Of a stretch of DNA of 64,000 bases, positions 29,106-38,400 are shown in pieces; the first letter of the stretch is position 1; every line of letters begins with the position of its first letter. A program made the position numbers and the translations under genes. The DNA is from a virus. Under the pieces are notes generated by a model. It did not search any database, was not told the origin of the DNA, and saw only the letters and a program-made list of their open reading frames with translations. Location of the stretch: IMG/VR virus record IMGVR_UViG_3300013132_006127. One strand, given 5' to 3'.

Positions 29106-30668
29106 ATGTCGGATGAATGTCTATTTAAGACTATAAATACTAAAACAGACGCTAACTTTGCTGTTGATAAAGCTAGCGATAAGACTATATCTTTTGGTAA
29201 TTTGGAGAGTAATCCAGAGGTTTTACCAAAACCTACATTGTCAGTAACGCCTACGAATACTCCGACCCCTTCAAATACTCAAACTCCAACTCCATCGATC
29301 ACTAAAACACCAACAGCTACACCTACACAAACTACTACAAACACTAGAACTCCTACCACAACCAAAACTAAGGCGCCCACACCTACCGGGACATCAATAA
29401 AAGCACAAACACAAACCCCAACAAATACCAAAACTCCAACATCTAGTCAAACGGGTACCCCTCCAGCCACTGGAACGCCTACTAATACCATAACATCAAC
29501 ACGTACACAAACCGGAACTCCTAGATCAACACCAACTTCCAGTATAACAGCTACACCAACACAAACACCATCTACAACCAATACCGCTACAGTAACGCCT
29601 TCTAATACTATAACAAATACTCCTTCTAATTCTCCGGATACTTCTCCGACACCCAGTACTAGTAGAATACCACCAGAAACACCAACAAAAACACCAAGAC
29701 CATCAGATCCTCCTCCGCCTCCAGAACCTCCTCCAGAAGAACCCCCTCTCGACCCTTGTTCTACTGTTATAGAAGAATTGAATAACGGATCAGAAGTATT
29801 ACACGATGTAAATGAATTGGTTGGAGTTGGAGAAGTTTTATGTGGTGGTGGAGACGGTGGGGGCGATGGTGGTGGAGACGGTGGGGGCGATGGTGGTGGA
29901 GACGGTGGGGGCGATGGAGGAGGAGGTATAGGCGGTGGCGGAGGTGGTGGCGGCGGAGGTGGCGGAGGTGGTGGCGGAGGAGGTGGAGGAGGTGTTCCTG
30001 GCCAAGATTGTTCAGCTGGTTTTGATAGAAGAATTTCAACTCCAGGTAATATTAATATTCAAGACGAAATAAATATACCAATATTTAACACTAATACTGA
30101 TACTGGATGTTCTTTATATTGGAGATTTTTTAATGATATTTTAAGACAAAAAGCTATAGATGATTGGAACGCTAATCCTGTCTACAGATCCGCAGATGGA
30201 CAAAAAATACCAATATCTCAACATCCAACACAAAAAGATAAAAATTGTTGGAATCCAAACCCAGTTAAAAAGTTTACTAAAAAAGAAGGCTTTGTGTGTA
30301 ATGGCAAGTGTTATTATAACTATTGGTATGAAGCTAGACCGACTATTAAACAAATAGCTGGGTGTGTTACACCAACACCAACGCCAACTTTAAGCCTAAC
30401 CCCTACAACAACACCAACAGTAACGCCATCAACATCTTCGCCAGAGCAATGTACAGAATGGAGAATTATTGAAACAGGATACCCTCTGGAATATGCAGGC
30501 GGACCTATTGTTAGCGGTGTGCCTATAGATATGCCATCGACCTACGGCCCAAATACATATTCATATCCTGGCTATATGGAATTACAATTTTTGTGTAATG
30601 GTTCTTGGGTGACAAAAGACTCATGGATCTCTTTGATAGGCAATCCTGATCACAATATAAGTTATTAG
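29106..30668 (+). CDS. Thr/Pro-rich (mucin-like) and Gly-rich virion-associated protein
   Basis: ~170-aa TP stalk, PPPPEPPPEEPP, (GGGD)n plus poly-Gly, Cys-containing globular segments. Confidence 0.75.
   Translation: MSDECLFKTINTKTDANFAVDKASDKTISFGNLESNPEVLPKPTLSVTPTNTPTPSNTQTPTPSITKTPTATPTQTTTNTRTPTTTKTKAPTPTGTSIKAQTQTPTNTKTPTSSQTGTPPATGTPTNTITSTRTQTGTPRSTPTSSITATPTQTPSTTNTATVTPSNTITNTPSNSPDTSPTPSTSRIPPETPTKTPRPSDPPPPPEPPPEEPPLDPCSTVIEELNNGSEVLHDVNELVGVGEVLCGGGDGGGDGGGDGGGDGGGDGGGDGGGGIGGGGGGGGGGGGGGGGGGGGGVPGQDCSAGFDRRISTPGNINIQDEINIPIFNTNTDTGCSLYWRFFNDILRQKAIDDWNANPVYRSADGQKIPISQHPTQKDKNCWNPNPVKKFTKKEGFVCNGKCYYNYWYEARPTIKQIAGCVTPTPTPTLSLTPTTTPTVTPSTSSPEQCTEWRIIETGYPLEYAGGPIVSGVPIDMPSTYGPNTYSYPGYMELQFLCNGSWVTKDSWISLIGNPDHNISY
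29844..29993 (+). repeat. 3 exact 24-bp tandem repeats (GGGDGGGD) followed by poly-Gly codons
   Basis: ggtggtggagacggtgggggcgat x3 at 29844-29915, then almost only GGN codons to 29993. Confidence 0.95.
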
Positions 30669-30681
30669 CATCGGAATAATT

Positions 30682-31683
30682 ATGACATATATTATTAATA
30701 AAGATTGCATCATACTACCAGCAAAACCAGAAAGATCACCTACTCCTAGTTTCACTAGTAAGCCCACTAGCACACCAACTCTTACTCCATCAAATACAGC
30801 AACACCGCCAGTAACACCAACGGCTACTAATACTAGAACTCCTAGTCAAACATCAACAGTAAGCGCAACTCCAACAAAAACCGCCACACAAACACCCTCC
30901 AACACCCCTACTGTTACAAGAACTCCTACAGTAACTCCAACAAATTTTTGTTACTACCAGGATAGTTTGCCTGAGACTTGTTGTGGGGAATTTTTCTTAT
31001 ATGCTAGAAGCGGATTATGGTATAATACTAATGTTTATTTTAATCAAAATGATAGGTTGTATATCACAGCAAAAGGTTGTGCTTCCTACAATACCTCTTT
31101 AGCTCCTTCAACTAATTTTGGACCAGAAGGAACAGATACCGGGCTATTAACAGTCGAAGGAAGAATCAATGATAGCGGCACTTATAGTTCAATTTTAAAA
31201 ATTGGAAAATTATATGATAGTTACGCTCCTATAAAAGGATTATTAGAATTAAGAATATATGATATTAATTATAATGATAATGGTGGAGGTTTTTGTGTTT
31301 GTGTAAAAAAAGACCCAGGAGGAGATTGTTTAGCTAATAATTGTGTTCCTCCGGAAGCGTCTCCAACGCCAACGCCCACACAGACCCGAACACCATCTAA
31401 AACTCCGGGAACAACCCGAACTCCGACCCCAACACAAACACCGTCCAGCACCCCCTGCTTACATCCTATGGTAATATGCATAGGGTTATTTGATGACTTT
31501 ATGATAAATAATGGCATTATAGTAGAATTACAAGTAGAAAAAAATCCATTATGCTGTTGCCAAATACAATATTCGTTAGATAATACTAATATATGGACTC
31601 AAATGCCACAACAATATATAGATTGCGATCCTTCTTTTTACTACACTGTTAATACTGTTTGCTTCGGAGATATTATACCATGA
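30682..31683 (+). CDS. TP-stalk protein with LecA/PA-IL-like lectin domain
   Basis: WYNTNVYFNQNDRLYITAKG...VEGRIN...LKIG...GLLELRIYDINYNDNGGGFCVCV (~30991-31305) follows the PA-IL-like jelly-roll pattern W.xT.....D.L.I.A.G...GRI...G.L.L...D..Y.DN.G.F.V. Confidence 0.65.
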   Translation: MTYIINKDCIILPAKPERSPTPSFTSKPTSTPTLTPSNTATPPVTPTATNTRTPSQTSTVSATPTKTATQTPSNTPTVTRTPTVTPTNFCYYQDSLPETCCGEFFLYARSGLWYNTNVYFNQNDRLYITAKGCASYNTSLAPSTNFGPEGTDTGLLTVEGRINDSGTYSSILKIGKLYDSYAPIKGLLELRIYDINYNDNGGGFCVCVKKDPGGDCLANNCVPPEASPTPTPTQTRTPSKTPGTTRTPTPTQTPSSTPCLHPMVICIGLFDDFMINNGIIVELQVEKNPLCCCQIQYSLDNTNIWTQMPQQYIDCDPSFYYTVNTVCFGDIIP

Positions 31684-33224
31684 CATCAATACCAATATGG
31701 TTACCCGGAAGCAATACCGCCAACTTTAATTCATGTGCGGATTGGGATAATATGGATGGTCATGTAACAACCGTCGGTACTAACGGTGGTCCCTCACACT
31801 ATGGTACTTTTGATCAATCTGGCAACGTGTGGGAATGGAATGACTTAGACTCATCTTCTATATCCAGCCGTGGAGTACGAGGAGGCAGTTGGCTTAACGA
31901 AGCGAGTTTTTTATCATCATCGCACAGAGGAACATACACACCATCGGTTAGATTTAATGTTAGTGGTTTTAGAATAGCATCATATAATAATCCTTTAAAC
32001 TTAATATATTTTGTACAAGTATTAAATCCAGATAATATTAGCGACTCAACAGGGTACGGATCTGTTCCATACGAATACCAAATAGCCCAGTATGCTGTAA
32101 CTAATTGTGAATATGCTTCATTCTTAAATGCTATAGCATCAACAGATACTTACGGTGTTTATGATATTCTCTTAAGAAATAATATTAGAGGAGGTATTAT
32201 AAGAAATGGAGATAGTGGAAACTATACATATAGTATAAAAAACAACATGGAAAATAAACCAGTAGTATTTATTACTTGGTTTAATGCTGCCAGATATTGC
32301 AATTGGCTTCATAATGGCAAGCCTTTGGGATCACAAAATGCTAATACAACAGAAGACGGAGCTTATGCTCTTAATGGAGCTGTGGATGGTGTAGCTGTAG
32401 CTAAAAATTTGAATGCAAAATATCATATTCCTACCGAAAACGAATGGTATAAGGCAGCGTATTTTGATGGAAATAGTTATTGGGATTATGCAACCCAAAG
32501 CAATTCAGAACCAGAATGTATTAATGCTAGTAATACCGGCGATGGACTATCGGATTCTACATACTACGACTGCGCCCTTTCTGTACCAACCCCTACTCCT
32601 ACGCCTACTCCTAGCCCAACACCAATACCATGTGATAGAAAAATTATTAAGTTGTATTTACCTGGAACTCTTATAGAGCCGGGTGGTATTAGAGCGACAA
32701 ATATAAAACTAAAACTTAAAGGAGATGATCCAAAATGCTGCGGTGAATCAAATGAGGTAAATGTACCAATTCCTCCAGTACCTCCTCCTAATCCAACTAG
32801 TCCACCAGAGAAGTGTATTAGTGATGGACTGGACTTGTATGGATATACCGCTATAGTGTCTTATGATCCAGAAAAATGTTCGGCAGGCCATGTGTGTAAT
32901 CGTGCTATATTTGATTTTTATCTAGATAATTATTATATAGGGCAGGCCAATCTTAATAATTTAAATACAGACGGAGGCTCGCAGGGTGGGTATAGAGAAA
33001 GCGTTTTTACAATTAATGAACATATAATTGTAGGTAATAGCACAACATTTGAAATAAGATGCGCTCTTAGTAATTGCCATAAAGGTATAGGTAGATTAAC
33101 TATTATAAATGGTGATAATGAAGTAGTCTTTGCTGCTTGTATGCCGAACGATGTGGTGTTATTAGGAGAGAATTATATTTGTCCAACACCAACACCTTCG
33201 AATACTCCAACCAATGGATCTTAA
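31680..33224 (+). CDS. Protein with circularly permuted FGE-sulfatase (SUMF1/C-type-lectin fold) domain, TP linker and Cys-rich C-terminal domain
   Basis: YGTFDQSGNVWEW..RGVRGGSW..GFRIAS comes BEFORE GYGSVPYEYQI..VTN..FLN..PVVFITWFNAARYCNWLHNG..PTENEWYKAAY. Start moved to ATG 31680 (ATGA overlap with the upstream stop). Confidence 0.85.
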   Translation: MTSIPIWLPGSNTANFNSCADWDNMDGHVTTVGTNGGPSHYGTFDQSGNVWEWNDLDSSSISSRGVRGGSWLNEASFLSSSHRGTYTPSVRFNVSGFRIASYNNPLNLIYFVQVLNPDNISDSTGYGSVPYEYQIAQYAVTNCEYASFLNAIASTDTYGVYDILLRNNIRGGIIRNGDSGNYTYSIKNNMENKPVVFITWFNAARYCNWLHNGKPLGSQNANTTEDGAYALNGAVDGVAVAKNLNAKYHIPTENEWYKAAYFDGNSYWDYATQSNSEPECINASNTGDGLSDSTYYDCALSVPTPTPTPTPSPTPIPCDRKIIKLYLPGTLIEPGGIRATNIKLKLKGDDPKCCGESNEVNVPIPPVPPPNPTSPPEKCISDGLDLYGYTAIVSYDPEKCSAGHVCNRAIFDFYLDNYYIGQANLNNLNTDGGSQGGYRESVFTINEHIIVGNSTTFEIRCALSNCHKGIGRLTIINGDNEVVFAACMPNDVVLLGENYICPTPTPSNTPTNGS

Positions 33225-33226
33225 TT

Positions 33227-34564
33227 ATGATTTTAATTCCGACTAATAATAAAAATTGTATAATATTACAACCAGAGCCTAAACCATCGCCAACAGCTAC
33301 TCCTACGATTACTCGTACTGGTACTAAAACGCCTACACCTACCCCTACTCTAACAGCTCAACCAACTTCTACTCCAACAAAAACCCCTACCTCTACTACT
33401 ACCAACACAAAAACTTCGTCTCAAACCCCAACTACCACAAACACTAGAACAGCAACACACACCCCGTCAAAAACAGCAACAAATACTCCGACTACCACTA
33501 CTAGTATAACACCGACACCAAGTATAACCTCAACCACTACCACAACGGCGACTATTAGTAATACTCCTACAAAAACAGGAAGACCCACGCCAACCCCAAC
33601 CACAACATCTACTTTATCACCAACCCCAACAACTACAAATACCACCACGGCCACACACACCCCCACCTCCTCTGTAACTCCATCAACTTCTCCAACTCCT
33701 ACACCAACAACTACATTCGTTAACTGTGCTGAACCAGTATGTATCAACGAAGAAGCTATTACCTATGGAACTATTGGCCCAGGGGATTGTTCTCAGCCTA
33801 TAGAATATGGAACAAAAATTATTAATATACCAGAAGGAATGACACTTCCTGTATATGTTACCATGACAGGATTCGCTGATGATGTGTTGATGATTAATGG
33901 TCAAGTTGTTGATGCTGGACAAACAACTGATTATTTTGGTGGTTGTGCTGTAGGAGCTGGTAATTATAGTTTCGTTCTCTATGATCTTTCTTTTACTATA
34001 GGATCAGGAGATACCATTACCGGTAATAGCGGATATTCGTACAATATTTGTTTTTCTCAATGCATACCAGAAACTTCTCCAACACCAACTGCTACCAACA
34101 CACTTACTCCAACACCAACACTAACTCCTACGACAACTACCACACTTACTACAACACAAACTCCAACGACCACAACAACATCATCAGAAACACCAACACC
34201 CACTAAGAGCGCTACCCCTACTACCACGGCTAGCCTCACTGCAACTCCAACTGTTACTCCAACAATGACACCCACATCTCCAGTTGCACCAGGACCTGTT
34301 ACTATTTTAGCGGCTAATTCTGGACCAGAAACAGGAGAGATATTAATAACTTGGGCCGAACCAGATAATGGAGGATCGCCAATACTTCAGTATTCTATAG
34401 CTTATCAAAGACCCGGATCGTTATCGGTTAGAGCTGTATCTGGTTCGCTAACCTCTTTTACTTTAAGTAATTTACTGGAAGGTTATGAGTATACATTAAA
34501 CATAAGCGCTACAAATGCCGTTGGTACTGGTCCTTACGGACCATCTATAATAGTTATATTATAA
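33227..34564 (+). CDS. Thr-rich mucin-like stalk protein with central beta domain and C-terminal Fn3
   Basis: Start moved to ATG 33227 (taattATG just after the upstream stop). Two long T/P tracts. C-terminal ITWAEPDNGGSPILQY..YTLNISATNAVGTGPY. Confidence 0.82.
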   Translation: MILIPTNNKNCIILQPEPKPSPTATPTITRTGTKTPTPTPTLTAQPTSTPTKTPTSTTTNTKTSSQTPTTTNTRTATHTPSKTATNTPTTTTSITPTPSITSTTTTTATISNTPTKTGRPTPTPTTTSTLSPTPTTTNTTTATHTPTSSVTPSTSPTPTPTTTFVNCAEPVCINEEAITYGTIGPGDCSQPIEYGTKIINIPEGMTLPVYVTMTGFADDVLMINGQVVDAGQTTDYFGGCAVGAGNYSFVLYDLSFTIGSGDTITGNSGYSYNICFSQCIPETSPTPTATNTLTPTPTLTPTTTTTLTTTQTPTTTTTSSETPTPTKSATPTTTASLTATPTVTPTMTPTSPVAPGPVTILAANSGPETGEILITWAEPDNGGSPILQYSIAYQRPGSLSVRAVSGSLTSFTLSNLLEGYEYTLNISATNAVGTGPYGPSIIVIL

Positions 34565-34585
34565 AATTAAATAAAGAAAGAAACC

Positions 34586-35359
34586 ATGATCAATTTACTC
34601 AACAATAGCAGTCAGCCGTATCTATTTACTCATATAAATAATGATATTTGTATGCTATATTGTTTTTGCGAGCATCCTATCACCAGAAGTTTTGGTTCCA
34701 GTTCGTATTCTTTTAGACCTTGGAAAATTAAATATATCAATTTATCAAGCTCGGAGCCTTCACAAATAAATACTCCTAATTATCATCCTAATTTTGGCAC
34801 TGTTGTTATAGAGTGTAACCCTCATCTGAGTGTGGATAGTAATGGAAGCGGTAAAATTTATTATACCGCCGGATTCACAACAAGCGAAACATCCCATATT
34901 AAATACTATATTTGTTCGATGAATATACAAAATTTTGATTTTGGCAATTTATTAGATTTTCAAGTGCTATATCCTGCTTTTACAGGTATTAGAATAAGTG
35001 AAAATGAATTCGTTTACGCTAATAAAAAAGACTATATGCCAAAAGATAAATTAGTAAAAATAAACATTATAAATAATGAAACATTGGTATATGATATTGT
35101 TTTTGATGAAATATTGCGATTAGTTACTATATATGGTAGCGACCAGTTAATAGTTACAGGTAGAAACGGCAGCTTATATCAGTCTTATTTATTAAACAAT
35201 AATTTTACTATAAATAGTACAATTACTAACAATAATAATGAAGATATTTATAAGTGCAGTTTATTGAGTACAAATAATCAAAATTTGTTAGCATACACTC
35301 TGATGCAAACAAACGGATCCGAAGACAGATCGATTGTGATTGAAAATAGATCAATATAA
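34586..35359 (+). CDS. Hypothetical protein (predicted beta-rich)
   Basis: 257-aa ORF in the operon; no motif recognised. Confidence 0.7.
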   Translation: MINLLNNSSQPYLFTHINNDICMLYCFCEHPITRSFGSSSYSFRPWKIKYINLSSSEPSQINTPNYHPNFGTVVIECNPHLSVDSNGSGKIYYTAGFTTSETSHIKYYICSMNIQNFDFGNLLDFQVLYPAFTGIRISENEFVYANKKDYMPKDKLVKINIINNETLVYDIVFDEILRLVTIYGSDQLIVTGRNGSLYQSYLLNNNFTINSTITNNNNEDIYKCSLLSTNNQNLLAYTLMQTNGSEDRSIVIENRSI

Positions 35360-35385
35360 AACGTTATATACGTTATGATACTATC

Positions 35386-35397
35386 GGTGTATATTAA
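35386..35397 (+). promoter_or_regulatory. Candidate phage (late) promoter motif GGTGTAWWTTAA
   Basis: ggtgtatattaa; second copy of the 22178 motif. Confidence 0.5.
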
Positions 35398-35429
35398 TAA
35401 ATATGGATAATCTATAATAAGGCCAAAAC

Positions 35430-38400
35430 ATGCAAGAAATAGTTGTAGATAATTGTCAATGTCCAGCCGAAGTTACTCTAGGAATAGAAATTATTAATTT
35501 AACTCCCGGAGTTAAATATACATATACATTAAAAGCACTAAATAATCAATTAATTTCTTTTAGGCCAGAATCTGATGAATTTGTAGCAGAATCTAGTGTT
35601 TATAGATTTAATACCATAGCTTTTATACAAGAAGCCCCTGTTAGTGGTCTGTCTTACATTATAGCTGTAGAAGTATTTGATCCTTTTTATAACAAAGTTA
35701 GACAGGACACACTCTGCTTAAAAGTCTGTTCTTCTGTGCCTTTGTGTTCTCCTACTCCAACAGTTACTCCGAGTACTACCCCGTCTTATGATAGTAGTAT
35801 ACTTCTTTCGAATTATGGTGTTGTTGGAGATTTAGATAACAGTGCTGATTCAGATACCGGTAAAGGTCAAGTTAATTATTTTTATGCGCTTAGTAAAAGT
35901 CCTATTACTGTTAATCAATGGATAGAATTTCTAAATTCTGTAGCTTTTTATGATGATCCTCATGGGTTATGGAAAGAAGAGTGGGCGACGAATGATGTAG
36001 TTATTGTGCAAAAGTTTAATGGTGCTGAGTACTGTTACTCTCTTGCTTCTTGCTCCGATCCCAATAGTGCAGATGGCGGATGTTTACCCGAGGACGATCT
36101 ATTGGCTGGTAATTATGCTGTTACAGGACTAACATGGCAAGATACTGTTAGATATTGTAACTGGTTACATAATGGTAAACCAAAAGATTATCCTGGAGTT
36201 GGAGTCACAGAAACAGGTGCATATAACATATATTTAAAAACTAATGTTATAGAAAAAACTGAAAATGCAAAGTTTTGGCTTCCCACCGAAAACGAACTAT
36301 ACAAAGCAGCATATTATGAAAATTCCACAAAACAATATTACCAGTATGCAACCATATCTGACAATCCTCCCGGTCTTTCGTGTCTAGATTCTTCTAGGGT
36401 TTTGGATTTATTGTTAACAGAATTAGAATATAACGAATTAAAAGATCAATACAATTTTAGTACTCCTGTAAACGTTAATGCTGATTTGATGTATAAGCTT
36501 AGAGACTACGTTGAGAGAAGATTGGGTAGAACCTACGACGATTTTGATGAGGTATTTTCTGACGGTAAATACATCTTTAGACTTAGAAATGATTATTTCA
36601 TACTATTTACATCTGGAGATAATCCAACCCTATTACAAATAGATGGTAATAAGTCTATAACCAATGATGCTACATTACAAAATGTATATTGGGGTAATAT
36701 CAAAAATAGTCTAAAATCATACGTAGCTTGTGACACTAGGCCAAAAGCATATTCTCCCTATGGGTTATATCATTTAGCTGGCAATATACAAGAACTTACA
36801 GATACAAATACGGATAATAGTAAAACAGCTAAGGTTTTGTTTGGGTCTTCTTTTCAAACTCCGGTTAGCGAGTATAAAAAACTATCTAAACTATATAGTG
36901 ATAGTATACCATATACTTCTGGAGCTACAGATACCGGATTCCGTATTGGGGTTAATATCTATTCTCTGGTTAGATATCCATTGAGAGTATATTGTGTTGG
37001 AGGAGCAGCGTCATTAGAAAATGAAAACGGACAATCTAAAACACTATTCCCGGGTAAAGATAATCTAGGAGGTGTTCCATTTTTAGTTGGAGAGCTTAGT
37101 TATCCTAATTTATCGATTAATTATAGCTATGAGGATGATATAGAAACATTTAAAGATAATAATCCTGGTTATAATAATCTAAAGTATGCTAGTTTAGAAT
37201 TAGTAATGCTTGATAGTAACAATCAAGTTGTAGCTTATGTTACTACCAATAATAATGGTTTTGCGAGCCCTTGTGTAGTTGCTTGTGGATATTCTATAGG
37301 TTTATCATTTGGTTACTTACCGAGATTAAGAGGAAAAATTATTCCATCAACATGGATTATTGGTAATTCTGTATCTTGGTCATCTAGTATTTTTAGGAAT
37401 ATTCAACCATACTCTGTTGTAGAGCAGCAGTCTTTGGTTGCTCCTACTCCGACACCAACACCATCTATAACTAGTACTACTACTCAAACCCCAACTACAA
37501 CGGTCACTCTAACAAAAACTCCTACATCTACTCCAACAAGAACACCTAGGTCTACCAATACTCCCACAACAACACTGACTTTATCTGCAACTCCCACCAA
37601 AACAAAAACACCCACAAAGACATCAACACCAACAACAACTAAGACAGTAACGCCAACACAAACACCTACAACTACCACAACATTAACCAAGACGCCTACT
37701 CCCACAACCACAGAAACCGTTACAAGAACGCCAACCACAACCACAACCCTAACCTCTACACAAACACAAACTCCGACCAACACTCAAACACCAACAGTAA
37801 CACCAACGCACACCCCAACACAAACATCTACAAATACTCCGACACCTAGCGTAACGCCAACAATGGCTGGAATAAAATCAAATGTTTATGTTTGGGGATA
37901 TAACGGAGATAACCAGTTAAGTTTTGTAGATAATCTAAAATTCGTATTACCTATGGATCTAGAAAAAGATACCTCTGGTAAGTTTTTGAATTATGATAAT
38001 GTAATTAGATATACAAAAAATGGAAATGGACAATCTATTTATTTTGATTATGTTTCTACTGGTACAAATTTTAGTGCTGGCATAGACTCATTAGGTAAAA
38101 TTCATTCTGTTGGTAATAACGCTTGGGGCCAATTAGGTCTAGGTAACTATATTGGCAAGAAAAACTTTACTCCTGTGGTTATGCCCTCTGGATACGAATC
38201 AACAATCTTTAAGGAAATTAGTCTAGGTTCGTCTCACACACTAGCTTTAGACACATCAGGAAAGGTATGGTCTTGGGGTAGAAATTCTGATGGACAATTA
38301 GGACAGCACTACTTACTGAGACCTATATCCAGTATAACTCAAATCAGTCAAGATCTACAAACTTACGAATTAAAAGTATATGGTAATTGTATTAATGAAT

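Noticed and set aside
29767-30039. Trp/Arg-rich (29840-30025 +) and His/Arg-rich (29767-30039 -) ORFs
   Set aside because: Alternative-frame readings of the poly-Gly repeat in 29106-30668
31860-31982. Diversity-generating retroelement acting on the FGE/CLec domains
   Set aside because: No reverse transcriptase and no near-identical template repeat with adenine-specific mismatches seen in the window. Cannot be excluded elsewhere in the genome.
35360-35376. AACGT-tatat-ACGTT inverted repeat as a terminator
   Set aside because: 5-bp AT-rich stem with no U-tract; too weak to call
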